Assembly: GCA_051294905.1 (NCBI GenBank)
Contig: CM119383.1
Location: 6,076,001-6,140,000, forward strand
DNA length: 64,000 nucleotides
Reading direction: 5' to 3'
Source of the DNA: Botryllus schlosseri
Taxonomy: Eukaryota
Notes under the pieces: generated by a model
Seen by the model: the letters and a program-made list of their open reading frames with translations, nothing else
What the model was told of the DNA's origin: nothing
The model's database searches: none
Shown: positions 14,501-25,660 of the stretch, in pieces
Position numbering within the stretch: position 1 is the stretch's first letter
Layout of the letters: the number at the start of each line of letters is the position of its first letter
Made by a program: the position numbers and the translations under genes

Positions 14501-17500
14501 GAATGCAAACTCGCTAACGACCCGTACTGCGAGTGGGACGATCTTGACATTGCATGCAAAGAAGTGGACTTCACGTGAGCTTCTACTTTTTATGTATATA
14601 GATGAGATATGTTTTTATAGATAACTTCGACCAGTAAAGTATAATCTTCATCATCAAATATCGTGTGAGAAAAAGCGCGAAATACCGTACAAAGCGCTAC
14701 TGTTTGATATATAATACTCAGTAGAGCAATATCGAGTTTATCAGATGAATTTCGCCACGCGATAGTACCAATAAATATACAACAAAATAACTTTCATTTT
14801 AACTGAGATCAAAAATACCATCAATTTTGCTGATCTCATCTTTGAATTTTGATGGGAAATAACTTCTATTAGCGTGATGCATGCGTGATTACACGCATTG
14901 TTTGTTAATGCGTATTGATTACCTATAGTTATAGGTGATTATTGGTCATACGAAAATAGTTTCTTACTGCTACGCGACTCGGCGAGCTTGAATGCAAATA
15001 CGGCGGGAACTGCTACTAATGCAGTTAGTATACTATATTGTCGTCACAGTGCACAGTCACTTGACGTCACACCGTGCAGGGTGTAGCAATTTTAGGTCAA
15101 TTGATGTAGTATATGCGGTTTCGTAGTTGTCACACTGCGAACATAAGTGCCAGTGTGCGCGACCGCAATGAAACTCGCATACATTCATGACCGCAAACGA
15201 AGGTCGCTTCATTCCCTATGATGAAACGAACCTCCTTTAGCTGTACCACATACTCGAAAATTCGTGACAGATATCGGCCGCCACGGTTGGGTTGTGAAGT
15301 TTTCAAAACATATTTTTAGATTTGCAAAGAAAGATCCGCACAAATTCTTGGGAAAGGGGAATGATACCGGGTGCAGTGTTTCCGACTCGCGAAACGACCA
15401 CAAGAAACAATCGCCAGGTGCGTCAAAACAAAATTATAGTAAACACATCCCGATGCTTAATAGAATGATATGATATATGTGGTATATGATATATACGGTA
15501 TATATGATATGTATGTTGTACAATATATATATGATTGAATTATTTCGAAATACCTCTCGGATGTTCTAATAAATCCAACATACTGCCCATATATAATATT
15601 GTGTGCTTATCATATAGGATACGTGTTAAGTTAAAAGCACTGTAATAAACAACTTTCTAAGGCGCTGGCTTCAACCTTTGCCAGTTCATACTGACCGGTT
15701 CACGCGAGCAGCGTTTGAAGTCACGTCGCACATTCAGGGTTTCTTTTACGCATAATCAGATAACAATGTAATTTTGTTCCAATTGTTACATAACTATCTG
15801 CGATGCGATGGAGTCATAATACAGTATGGGTGTTACTCAGAGGCGAAAAAAAACGTGTTTTTGTATTCGAAACCCAATTTCCACACGAATGCATTTCCGT
15901 ATGTGCTTCTAATAGTGCACTGCATACTATATTACGATATCTCCAAGTCGGGGAAATAGATTAACTTATTTTCCATACTCCTGTGTCGCGACCTCGCGAA
16001 CTTGAAGCTTGACACCTTGACAGCGCGCGACCCCAGTGTGGCTAAGTGTGGCAACGTCATTCTCCATATAATATGACGTCATTATAGTCGTTTGATCGTC
16101 CGATGAGCCGATGTTGGTATAGCGGTAGAATGATGAATTATATCACCCGTCGCAATTTTCGTATCAGGTACGAAGATGAGAAATTTGATACCCAACGTTG
16201 CAACGCGCCAGTAAGCTGTTTACGATGTACTTTAGAGTTTAGACCACACGCGATCAAGCACGTTACTCCAAAAATAATAGCCCCAAGTGTTGCGAGGGTA
16301 ATTGAAACGGTTCCGATGGGCTATAACGAGGCTGGAATAGAAGTATTCTGCCCCTTCGAAAAATAATCAAAGTGTATTATATCATCAAATGAATTCGATA
16401 TACTAGGGTCAAGGTTCTCTTCTGCACACACACATGTATACTATAGATATTCCAGGAAAATTTAATTAGCACACATTATTTACTTTCGTATCTTAGCGAT
16501 CGTGTTTATTAGCGAATACACGGAACGTCATCAATGCGTGACCGTCTGAAATGTTTTCTATATTAAACGTCAACTCAAGCTGAGCAATGAGCATGAATGA
16601 GCCTCCTTATTTACCACATATATCTTGGAGATGGATTGTCACGCAGATTAAAACTCGCAAGGGATGTAGTTACGAAAAGAGAAAAGTGTTGGAAATGAAC
16701 GTGTTCAATTAACTTACATGTTGCACCATCCAGATATTGCGCATTGGTATCGCGTCCTAATTACCTACTTGTAGATAATGATTGCAGCATGCTTTGTCAT
16801 TATCCTCAAATGCAGCACTGAAGCTCATATTCAGCGCCAACTAACCGTGATAATAATCCATCTCCGTGTTTAATTAATTTGACATCGCAGCGTTGTGAAG
16901 TTCTACTCTGTCTGCATGTTACACATTGGCAACCGTGTATGTCTCGTGTATCAGCAATATATTTCCATTTTAGATGACATCGTTGTCGATCCGAAGGAAC
17001 TGATGCTGAAGAATGAAGTGTTAACCAACCAAACCAGAGAGCTCAATCGTACCATTGCCAGATTGGAGAGGGAAAAGCTTGAACTCCAAACCGACCTGAC
17101 GCGCAACATGAACGAATTGTATAACCAGTACAACAATTACACTCAACTGTCCACCCTGCTGTTGCAATACGACGAAAGGCAGAAAATTGTGGTCCAGCTG
17201 TATCGGGACACCATGTACTCGCTGCACATATGTCAACAAGAACAACTTACAAGGTAGGTTGGCTTCTTTTGTGAATCGCATAGCGGGCATGCTGGCTAAA
17301 ATTGTAGACATGGGTGTTCTGTTCTAATGCTAGGCCTGGCAATGTGGATTTATACCTCTGTTAAGTGTTATTACTCCCGTAACAGTTTCATAGTATACAC
17401 TGTGTCAGCTTCCGGTCAAATTACCATAGGGGGAATAAGTCTCAATCGTTACGTTTTATAAGTCGGAACCTATGCGATATCAAATGCCCCGTATGAATGA

Positions 17501-20500
17501 TGAGATATCGCTATAGAGATTCCCTTAAACTTTGGTCCTAATTGCCGAACTCGGTGCCAAGTACAAATGTCTTAATTACACGGCATTTTCGGGTGCAACT
17601 GTCAATTTTTTCACTCAGGTTGTTAACTCGTGACGCTGATCACTGGCATATGATGCCGACGATTCTGCAAATTATGACTGGTGGAATGGAAAAAAATCAC
17701 GATTTTTTTTGCATCCTAATATGCAACTCTAGAAGATAATATGTATGTATGGCTGTGTACAGCTGTGCATACTGCATAACCAACCAGACATATTACGCAT
17801 GTAGTGTAGATAGATACAGTATGGAAAATGAAGTGATTAGTTTTTGGATATCTTGACTTTAATGTGTTTAGTATCTTGTAAGAGTGTGTTCATTTTGTGA
17901 ACTCTATACTGCCATTTTGCCGCATCATTTATAGCCCCGATGGCAGTTCATGCGTCTTCCGATTTGAGAATTGATAGGGAGCATAAACAATATATCGCTC
18001 CGAGCAATCGGGATATATTCGACGATTACAATGTCACATTGCATGAATAATGGCATATAATTGACAGGCTCTCTTCGATGTAGAGATGAGAAGTTGATAA
18101 ACCCACTTCCCGCACTTAAGGTGTAACATGTTATCCTTAGAGCAAAACGTGCATATTTTGTAAACTAACCTAAATAGAATAGCGTAACTGCAGATACCAA
18201 ATACGCGACTTCGACTCACCCAATGGCGGTACCTGTTCTTGAAATGTGATATAGCATATACGAATGCAGTATTGCAGAGACAGCCCCTCCGCGTTGAGTT
18301 AAGCAGCGGACTTTCACGCCTAGTCAATCATATTAACCGTAGTTACGACAATTTGTCACGATTTACAGTGCTAACCACGTGCTTAAAATGCCAGTTTGGT
18401 GACATACCGATAATGTCGTTGGCATAAGGTGCGCAAGAATGTCAAAGACGATTAGGCGACCGCAACTATCACGTTCAAACATTGTTGTGGGGTAATATTT
18501 TCTCAAAAGTGAAGCATGGCTTTCTTTTAACGTTCGAATACGATTATACCGTGGAAACCGCAGTTTAATACAGCACGTCACGATAATTGATGGTCGCTTA
18601 AATGGTAACATTGTATTATCGCCCACAAATTGAGTTTCATAGACGTACGCTGTGATTTATGCGTGTCGCGTAATAATTACACCCGCTTTGAACGCGTGTT
18701 CTTTATATTCCGACTGGTATTTCCACATCACCTCGATAATTCAATTGTCCGGGTACTTGACAAAATGTCAGTGGCACTGACCTGCCGTTTCGATAGCGAC
18801 ATATATACTTTCCTTACTAACGGGTGCTTTTAAAAACCTTGGTATTAGATTCCTTTTTTTTGCAGGAAAAGAGCCGAAAGGAATGCCATCATAGAATTGA
18901 AGGCCTACAAAAACGCGTCTTCCAAATGCGAGACGGAAAGAAAAACGGCTGAATCGTCTGAATGCAAATGCAACAAAGTGATTGATAAGAGAGGGACTGG
19001 TACGTACAAAAGGCATAGTACGCTTTGAATGCTGGAAATTGTTTATACGATATCATTTGTATGAGTAAATTTTCGCGTTTAGCAGTGAATCTATATACGA
19101 TACGCGTTGGTAAGATTTATGGAATAATGTAGGGTCTTTTTATTATCGTAAAAGCATGTCAAATTGTCCACTATCACTGATACTATCAGGTGCCTTATAA
19201 GCTTCAATTTTGCGCAGATACCCAAGTCAGAAACACCGCCCACTACGGCCAGGCTCCATCCAGCTACAACGTATTGACCGCTTGCAATGATAAAGTCGAC
19301 AAACTCCACGTTCAAGTCTCCTATTTGAAGCAAGCCAGAGCCAACTTGACGAGACAAAGACACGCGTTACACTTGAACCTCGCAAGCTTAAAGAAGGAAA
19401 ATGCGAAGTTATCGACCACACTGGAAGGTATATATATATATATATATACTGTATGTCAACTCCCTGGTAGTGTCCCCCGTTTTAATGTTCACTTAATTGA
19501 AAAAGTATAACGATTAATTTTAGTATATGACCACGAAGCGTTCGGTACACAGCCATCTCTTGAGATTATCACGAAGAGATAGCGTGTAGTAAAATAAGGC
19601 CTATTCGGTATATAAACATCAATTTCAAGGAACCACCACCATCCAAACGGCATCTCAGTGTTCGGAAATTGAAATATCGCATGTGCTGCCTTACAGACAC
19701 GACACATATTTGATGGGCTGTCACCAGATTCTATTAGTTCACTAGTGGTGAATCTATCACTACCACTGACCGATATATGCTATCCTGTTCTCAGAGAGTA
19801 AGGGGTGTGACAGCGAGAACCAATGGAAACAGTACCTGCCCACAAACAAGCTCTTCCTCGTCACCCAAGAATCGAAAACGTATGCCGAAGCCGAGAGGGA
19901 ATGTGAGGTGCTCGGTGGGTCAGTAGCTCTGCTGAAGGACGAGGGTGAAGCTAGGTGAGATACAAATTCTTTCGTAAACGCACTACTTTGTTATAAGAGA
20001 ATTAAGTTCAGCTTGAAATTTAATCACTGTCGATGAAAATGTTTCGTGACTTTGTATTCCGTTTTCAGATTTGTATTCAATCTTACACACTCTCGGAATC
20101 AAAGGAAAAGGTACTGGGTTGGTCTACGAAAATTCCGCAATAGCGTCCAATGGGCGGACGGCAGCCATTTTGATCAAAGCGACACACCAAGATTTCCAAC
20201 TGGCCAGGGGGGAAAGCTACGAAACAGGTACTATTGAGATAAAACCCATGGTATATCTAGATTCGTAGTTGTATTCGTAGGTTCCTATAATATCCGAAGA
20301 TGGTCAGTCAGTAACGAAGTATTTCTACATTTTTCAAGTACTCAAGTAGTTTTAGCCTATTTGTACTATACTTACTCAACTGGTTATGTTTCTATAGACA
20401 ACTTCTACTCGATAGTTTTGTCGGCAAAGCTACTTACTTTTTAAACGTGGGATTTATAACGTAGCAAGTAGTTTTGGAATATGGTTGCATCACTTTTATG

Positions 20501-21008
20501 ATTGTTTATGATAACTTGGCGATATTGTCCCAATATCATGGTAATTGAATATATATTCAAAGATCGTACTTATTGATAGCATCGTGAGTCACCTTGCGGT
20601 TATGCGAGCGGCCTTTCCGATTAACTGCTAAACGTGTGCGACCCATCGACTGTAGATTGTACTTTATCTTGAATAGTAGAACTAACTAGTTTGACCACCT
20701 CTGATAATATCATTCCAGCAGTTTTAATTCGGACAACTGATATAACAGCAACCGGATTATGTGTCTAAATGGTTGCTTTTAAACAATCTAATATAGAATG
20801 CAAAACTTGACCGAATTAAATCTTTCATTGCAGCATCGAGTATTGCGTGGAAACACTGCATCACGTAATGAAATGGTCGCTGACGTCGTGTTCTAAACAT
20901 AGGAGAGTAATATGCATGAAAGGTACGGAACCAGCATTATACATTCCTTCAAAGCACGAATCAACCTTGATATCCTTGTTATCAGATGACGACTCGGTGA
21001 TCAGATAA
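2528..21008 (+). CDS. Divergent semaphorin-like protein: Sema domain + PSI + coiled coil + C-type lectin-like domain; 5' exons unresolved
   Basis: 19 GT-AG exons joined in one frame (858 aa + TAA): 2528-2587, 2648-2755, 3649-3733, 8678-8803, 10594-10760, 10991-11126, 11188-11260, 11445-11639, 11728-11918, 14221-14303, 14375-14574, 15320-15417, 16974-17253, 18866-18999, 19218-19427, 19795-19954, 20069-20227, 20834-20922, 20986-21008. Sema motifs ELCTNVIHIL..NDTHLYACGTNARQPRC, VYSRMATLCANDRGG, ATCVYSMRDI, PAPGSC, HPL, YDVV; PSI CEQYMTCGECKLANDPYCEWD; CTLD GCDSENQW..TYAEAERECEVLGG..YWVGL..WADGS..EYCV..W..SC..VIC. No TM segment in the model. Confidence 0.8.
3790..3845 (+). mobile_element. Degenerate PLE family-B pseudo-LTR fragment with decayed hammerhead core
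   Basis: gtgacgattaccc-CTGACGA-atgtcagac-aaaa-atattc matches the family-B sequence at 9741-9786, but GAAA reads AAAA and the stem I 3' strand is lost. Confidence 0.6.
5171..6939 (+). mobile_element. Internally deleted hAT DNA transposon in a semaphorin intron
   Basis: 11-bp perfect TIR TAGTGCGGGGC (5171-5181 / 6929-6939); perfect 8-bp TSD CGGGCCGG (5163-5170 / 6940-6947); subterminal CCGGAGCCGGATC repeats. Confidence 0.92.
5590..6556 (+). pseudogene. hAT transposase remnant
   Basis: Frameshifted BED-finger-like SEVWKSF...GFVLCRH..SGTQH; then DLRPF..EDDGF, LTTDMW, YMSLTAHYI, VTDDASNI, CACHML; in-frame TAG at 6272-6274; C-terminal half missing. Confidence 0.85.
9669..9702 (-). ncRNA. Minimal type I hammerhead ribozyme motif (family B), intact core
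   Basis: Sense: ACCC-CUGAUGA-GUGUCAGCC-GAAA-AUAUU-C-GGGU; palindromic stem III AAUAUU, UUC site. The upstream pseudoknot partner is truncated in this arm. Confidence 0.7.
9753..9786 (+). ncRNA. Hammerhead motif (family B) with mutated core
   Basis: ACCC-CUGACGA-GUGUCAGCC-UAAA-AUAUU-C-GGGU; the catalytic G12 is U (9773), so it is predicted inactive. Confidence 0.65.
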
Positions 21009-21435
21009 AAGATTGGCAGCGAGTGGCTTTCTCCTTGAAAGCCTGTTTCTGTCATGATGATCATCATACTGCATAAGACGCAGAAGAACGCCAAGGAATG
21101 CTACGAGCGCTCGACACAACTCAGCATTCGCTACCAAAATCACCAGTCGTTCTTTCAAATCATGTTTGATACTATTCTTTTATGGCATAAAGTTTATTAT
21201 ATTCTTGCTATTAAATTGTTTCTTTTACTTGGAGAAAAATATTGTAGGTCGCCTCTGAATAAGAGATATTCGGAAGAAAACCATGTGTATTCGTCAGTGT
21301 TGAGATAAGATATGAGGAGCGGTAATCAGATCATTAAGTAGTCCACATAGCGCCATCCAGCTCGAATCAGAGACCACAGAGCAGTATTCTGATGAAAGTG
21401 GGGACCACCCACATTGGCCCAATGACCGACATTCG

Positions 21436-21600
21436 CCGAGCGAGATAGTGTAATGGTTGTGCGTCCGGCTTCTCGATCGGTAGGTCGTGGGTTCGATTCC
21501 CGACCGGGTCAGACCAAAGACTCGAAAACTGGTAACCGCGGCTATCCTGATGGGCGCTCAGCAATCACGGATAGCATGGAGGAGAAAAAAACCGGGGGTG
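21436..21600 (+). mobile_element. tRNA-derived SINE (3' extent uncertain)
   Basis: A-box-like TAGTGTAATGG, B-box GGGTTCGATTCCC (about 21489-21501), then core GACCAAAGACTCGAAAACTGGTA..GCGCTCAGC; a second copy lies at 27690-27863. Confidence 0.75.
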
Positions 21601-22304
21601 CAGGCTAGATGATGACCTTACTATATAAAGGCCGTATCGCATATCCGTCGTCAAAGCATCTCGATAGTGCAGGCGAAAAAGAATACCATATCTCTCTCGG
21701 CTCAACTCGAAAACCGCAATTCATACGGAAGTGGGGATTACTAAATTGGTGAACGTGATGAACCGCACATGGTTCTAGTTCGCTTTATTAGTATTTTATC
21801 AATTCAGAACACCGCAAGAATGCGATAAGACAACAATATAGGGAGGAGTCCTTCAATCAGCTCTTTGCGACATCTTCCTATCTGTTAATTACACACATTT
21901 CGAATTGTCGGAGGTTTATTTGGGTTTCTCCTCCCATATGTCAACATCCATACGGCGACTCCACAAAAGTCCAGAAAAAGACCTGACGAACGGTACAAAT
22001 ACGAGAGTAGATAATGAAAGCGAGAGCAAGAGGACGTCAAAGAAAAAGTGAAGATAATGAACAATGTCACTTTTACACTGTGTCATGAGTCAATATCACA
22101 GCTTGAGCAGATGAAAATGCGTCCGTATTGAGATTTTCAGATCGACTTGAGACACGTTGTAGATTGCTAAGTATTACAATGTTGTGGTCCTTTTCACACT
22201 TTGGCTTTGGTTACCCCGTAGATTAGGTATCTCCACTTCCTTATCTGGGCTCCTCTTCCCCCGCCGATGCCGTTCTTACGGCGATAAAAAAGCCCAGAAA
22301 AATA

Positions 22305-22548
22305 CCCGACGAAAGAAAGCACTCACTCACTCACAAGGAATGGAAAGAACTAGTAGAAAGGGCCGCGGCTTCAAAAAAGATCAACATCGAAAAAAATTGT
22401 GACATCGGGCACTCTAGGCCGAAGTGGATGTTGGAGTAAACGATCGCTACTGATGCGTGTCGTTCCACATCCTCCTATCTGTTCATGACATCGCATTGTA
22501 CATTGTGTGTGACTTGTCAAGATGAAAGATATAACCCAACGATATTAT
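22305..22548 (+). repeat. Unclassified dispersed repeat, copy 1
   Basis: Aligns by eye to the reverse complement of 25255-25482 (shared blocks ACCCGACGAAAGAAAGCACTCAC, GAAAGGGCCGCGGCTTCAAAA, ACATCGGGCACTCTAGGCCGA, ACATCGCATTGTACATTGTGT). Confidence 0.8.
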
Positions 22549-22899
22549 ATTATTATTACCCAACCCTACCGATAAGTTTTTAGTCCTTGTATCACACATC
22601 ACTGAACATAACCTTTGACACCTGAACAAGGTCGATTTGCTGCCTAGTGCTCACTTTATTGTAAGTCGAAATGTAGAGTAAGCGTTCAGTTTTAATAGAC
22701 ACAGTATCTGGCATTGTTTAGATAAGGGCCCAATTGGCACTATGTTATCTATACGGTACTCCTATTTCTGGTTTCAACTGTAACTCATTATATGTTATGG
22801 TACCGTACCGGTAGCGTCTAGTGGCAAAACTACGTGACACTCATTCCTGTATCATGCTTACTGAAAAAATTGTAATTTTCCAGTTTCTATACTATAAGA

Positions 22900-24718
22900 A
22901 TGCTTGGCCGAACATCCACCGTACTCCTGCGACGAGGTTTCCTCACGTCAGCCCGTCAAGCTGGTGGACACGGTCCGCCAACGGCAAAGGATATTCTTCC
23001 ATTCAATCCATTTCAGAACAGGTCAGAAATTACATCACAATCCGTTATTTTCTATTTGAAATCATTGAGTAGTCTCGATTTCAAGATGAAATACTCGTCT
23101 ACGACCTGCTCCTACGCTACCGCAGTAGGCCTATTATTATACGGCATGTCACAAACATTGAACATTACCCAAGCCATATTGTCTATGTGAAGTATAGATT
23201 CAATTCAAATTCAATTTAATTATTGCTAGTAATTTCATCATTTCAACACACCATGAGACTGCGATATAATGAAAGATAGGAAGGTGTGTAAACGACTTGG
23301 AGTAGTCTTCGAAATCAAACACCCACCTGGCCTAGGCGATATATAAATGGAGGCATGCACACTGAATGAAAAGTGAAAGAAAATTATATGATAGGACCTG
23401 TGATAAAAAAGGTGGCATGTGCCAGAAGGCGAGATCGATGTGTCAGGTCGTGGTCCGGTAAAGTACAGCGCTTACTAGTATTGATTCAGTAGAAATTGTT
23501 TGTATTTTAACTTTAACTACAGACATGCTCGACGACTGACATAAGTCCTTTACAGAGTGCACTCTACTTCTCAAATGAACATCTTTCAGATGATATGCTA
23601 TGACGATGTGATAAGCTTTTTAGTTTGCCCAAGCCCATTCCAGTCTCTGGCTCTAGAGTTAACCGTAAGGTTGTCCGCAGTGCACTTCTTTGACTTCTTG
23701 ACACGCTGCCTTCACACAACGTGGGCAAACTGGCTTGCTACATATGTTAATCTTGTCACTAGTCTTTACTTTATATTGTTTTGTGGTTAGGATGTGAGTG
23801 AATTGACTAGTTTGTGTCTGAAAATTGCCGCTAATTCCCTCCAAACGTTACATATAGTTGATCTGTGTCGACAGGTTTCACAGAGGACTTACAGAACTCC
23901 AATATACAATTGAATAGTACATTCATATTGAAATGAACCCAAATATTTTCGGCTGACACTCATCAGGGGTAATCGTCAGCAACTAGTAGAGAATTCAAAA
24001 TAACATTGTATAGCAACAATCGTATCACAAAATATGACGTCACCAGCATGAAATATCGAATACGAGAGCGTTCAATTTCACACAATAAAATTAGAGATCT
24101 CGCGCCATTTTTGGTGCTGTCATGCTGTGAATTCAAATTTGTAACCTAGGGAAACCTCCATTGACCCAAAATTGCAGAAAAGGCAACAAGAACCAGAAAA
24201 AGGAGGTAGCAATTGTGTGCTTACAAATACGTCACATTGTGCTGGTCACCTCAGATTTCATATGTGTCGGTTTACCAAATTAAATAAATGAATTAGCCTT
24301 CTTTCCTGATATAAATGTTCACTGTTCACGGCTAACGTTTTTGCCGGTGGAATTCAGTTCTAAATGCATACATGCATGAAACAAAATTCCACACTTGGAA
24401 ATTGGGCCAACGTTGAGCAGGTCTGGGTAGTTGCATGGGGTTTCTATGCGTCTCCTCTCTCAACCCGAAAGACTATATTTTTACCCTCTCATTATGCCTT
24501 GCGACTTCATGTAGGCTAGCCTTCAAACTCCCACTCCCCGCCCGACTCCGCAAAATTAAAATGCATTTCTAGATTCTAGCTGCTGGCTTACAAAATCTCA
24601 TATGTTCTTTTCTTTCAGATGGGTCCTTCTGGTTAAGATGGGAATTTTTGCTGGATCCGGGTTTGGCCTTCCGTTCTATGCCGTCTATTTTCAGTTGAAG
24701 AAGAAGTACGGAAAATGA
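22900..24718 (+). CDS. COX7C: Cytochrome c oxidase subunit 7C, mitochondrial (73 aa)
   Basis: Exons 22900-23021 and 24619-24718: MLGRTSTVLLRRGFLTSARQAGGHGPPTAKDILPFNPFQNRWVLLVKMGIFAGSGFGLPFYAVYFQLKKKYGK. Presequence plus the LPF..N.W.LL.KM....G..F..PF.....QL pattern of COX7C; AATAAA near 24909. Confidence 0.9.
23198..23517 (-). mobile_element. 3' fragment of an L2/CR1-group-like LINE
   Basis: Homologous to 27940-28297 and 30400-30670; ends in a short (AATTG/TTGAA)n tail at 23198-23220. Confidence 0.65.
23889..24012 (-). mobile_element. PLE family-B pseudo-LTR fragment with intact hammerhead (23937-23970), antisense in the COX7C intron
   Basis: Sense: GCUGAC-gauu-ACCC-CUGAUGA-GUGUCAGCC-GAAA-AUAUU-U-GGGU, then ATG (23926) MNVLFNCILEFC. 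Confidence 0.8.
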
Positions 24719-25254
24719 TATGTGAAACAAGCTATGCTCTTCGGCATTTTATAAGACATTCGACAGAATACAACTTGTAGACATGATTTCATTGCTGCGT
24801 TTTTCACTATCAATATCCTTCGGTAAAGTTGTGGAGGAATAGGGGTCAATTCAGCAGTCGTGGCATCTATATGTAGAAGTGTGGCACCTATCTAATACGG
24901 GTATATCAATAAATGCAAAATGAGTGTACGACTTTATGTGTACAACAGTGTTTACTGTTTATATATACATATTGTTTGCAAATACTCAGTCCTGCTCTGT
25001 AATTAACTCGAAAATATGGTTTCAGATTGATGGCTGTGCCCAATCCTTCAAGTTATTAATAATCCTGGCAGATTTGTCTGTAGTTCAGTCATCAAAGACA
25101 CAAACAAAATTATTATCTCTGTCCTAACTGCAGAAGAAGACGTATCGAAACCGCATCTAGTCTGTAAGAACATTGATAGCAGCTTATGTGCCATCACTGA
25201 GCAGCAGCAGTACATTGCTTCTTGTCCGCAGTAAATTTGTGTTTGACAGACAGA

Positions 25255-25482
25255 TGGGTTATATTTTCCATCTGAGCAAGGCACACACAGACACAATGTA
25301 CAATGCGATGTAAAGAACAGATAGGAGAGTATCGAACGACACGCAGTTGCGATCCTTTTTAGACTGACATCCACCTCGGCCTAGAGTGCCCGATGTAACA
25401 GTTCTTTTCGATGTTGATCATTTTGAAGCCGCGGCCCTTTCTAGTTCTTTCCCTACCATGTGAGTGCTTTCTTTCGTCGGGT
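25255..25482 (-). repeat. Unclassified dispersed repeat, copy 2
   Basis: Inverted homologue of 22305-22548. Confidence 0.8.
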
Positions 25483-25660
25483 CTTTTGTCCGTCTGACAG
25501 AATTTTCAGGACAGTTGGTTCATGAAATTCGCGGTCTACGGGTGTGATGCCTTCGATCTATCGATATATTAACACAAGTTCGCCGCGGATGCAGAACATG
25601 AGAAAATAGTGATCTTATAAGGGTGTGTGAGATGGAAGCTGTCAGACTCGCCATTTCAAC

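Noticed and set aside
15470-15545. AT-rich ATATG-like low-complexity run
   Set aside because: Ordinary degenerate microsatellite.
16103-16366. ORF as an extra semaphorin exon
   Set aside because: Not needed for phase continuity (15417 joins 16974 directly); no phase-compatible donor/acceptor pair found.
21436-21510. tRNA gene
   Set aside because: It has A/B boxes, but continues into a SINE-type core and has a diverged second copy; no clean cloverleaf.
25048-25374. Cys-rich 108-aa minus-strand ORF as a secreted or TNFR-like gene
   Set aside because: Its 5' half lies in the dispersed repeat shared with 22305-22548, where the frame is not preserved.
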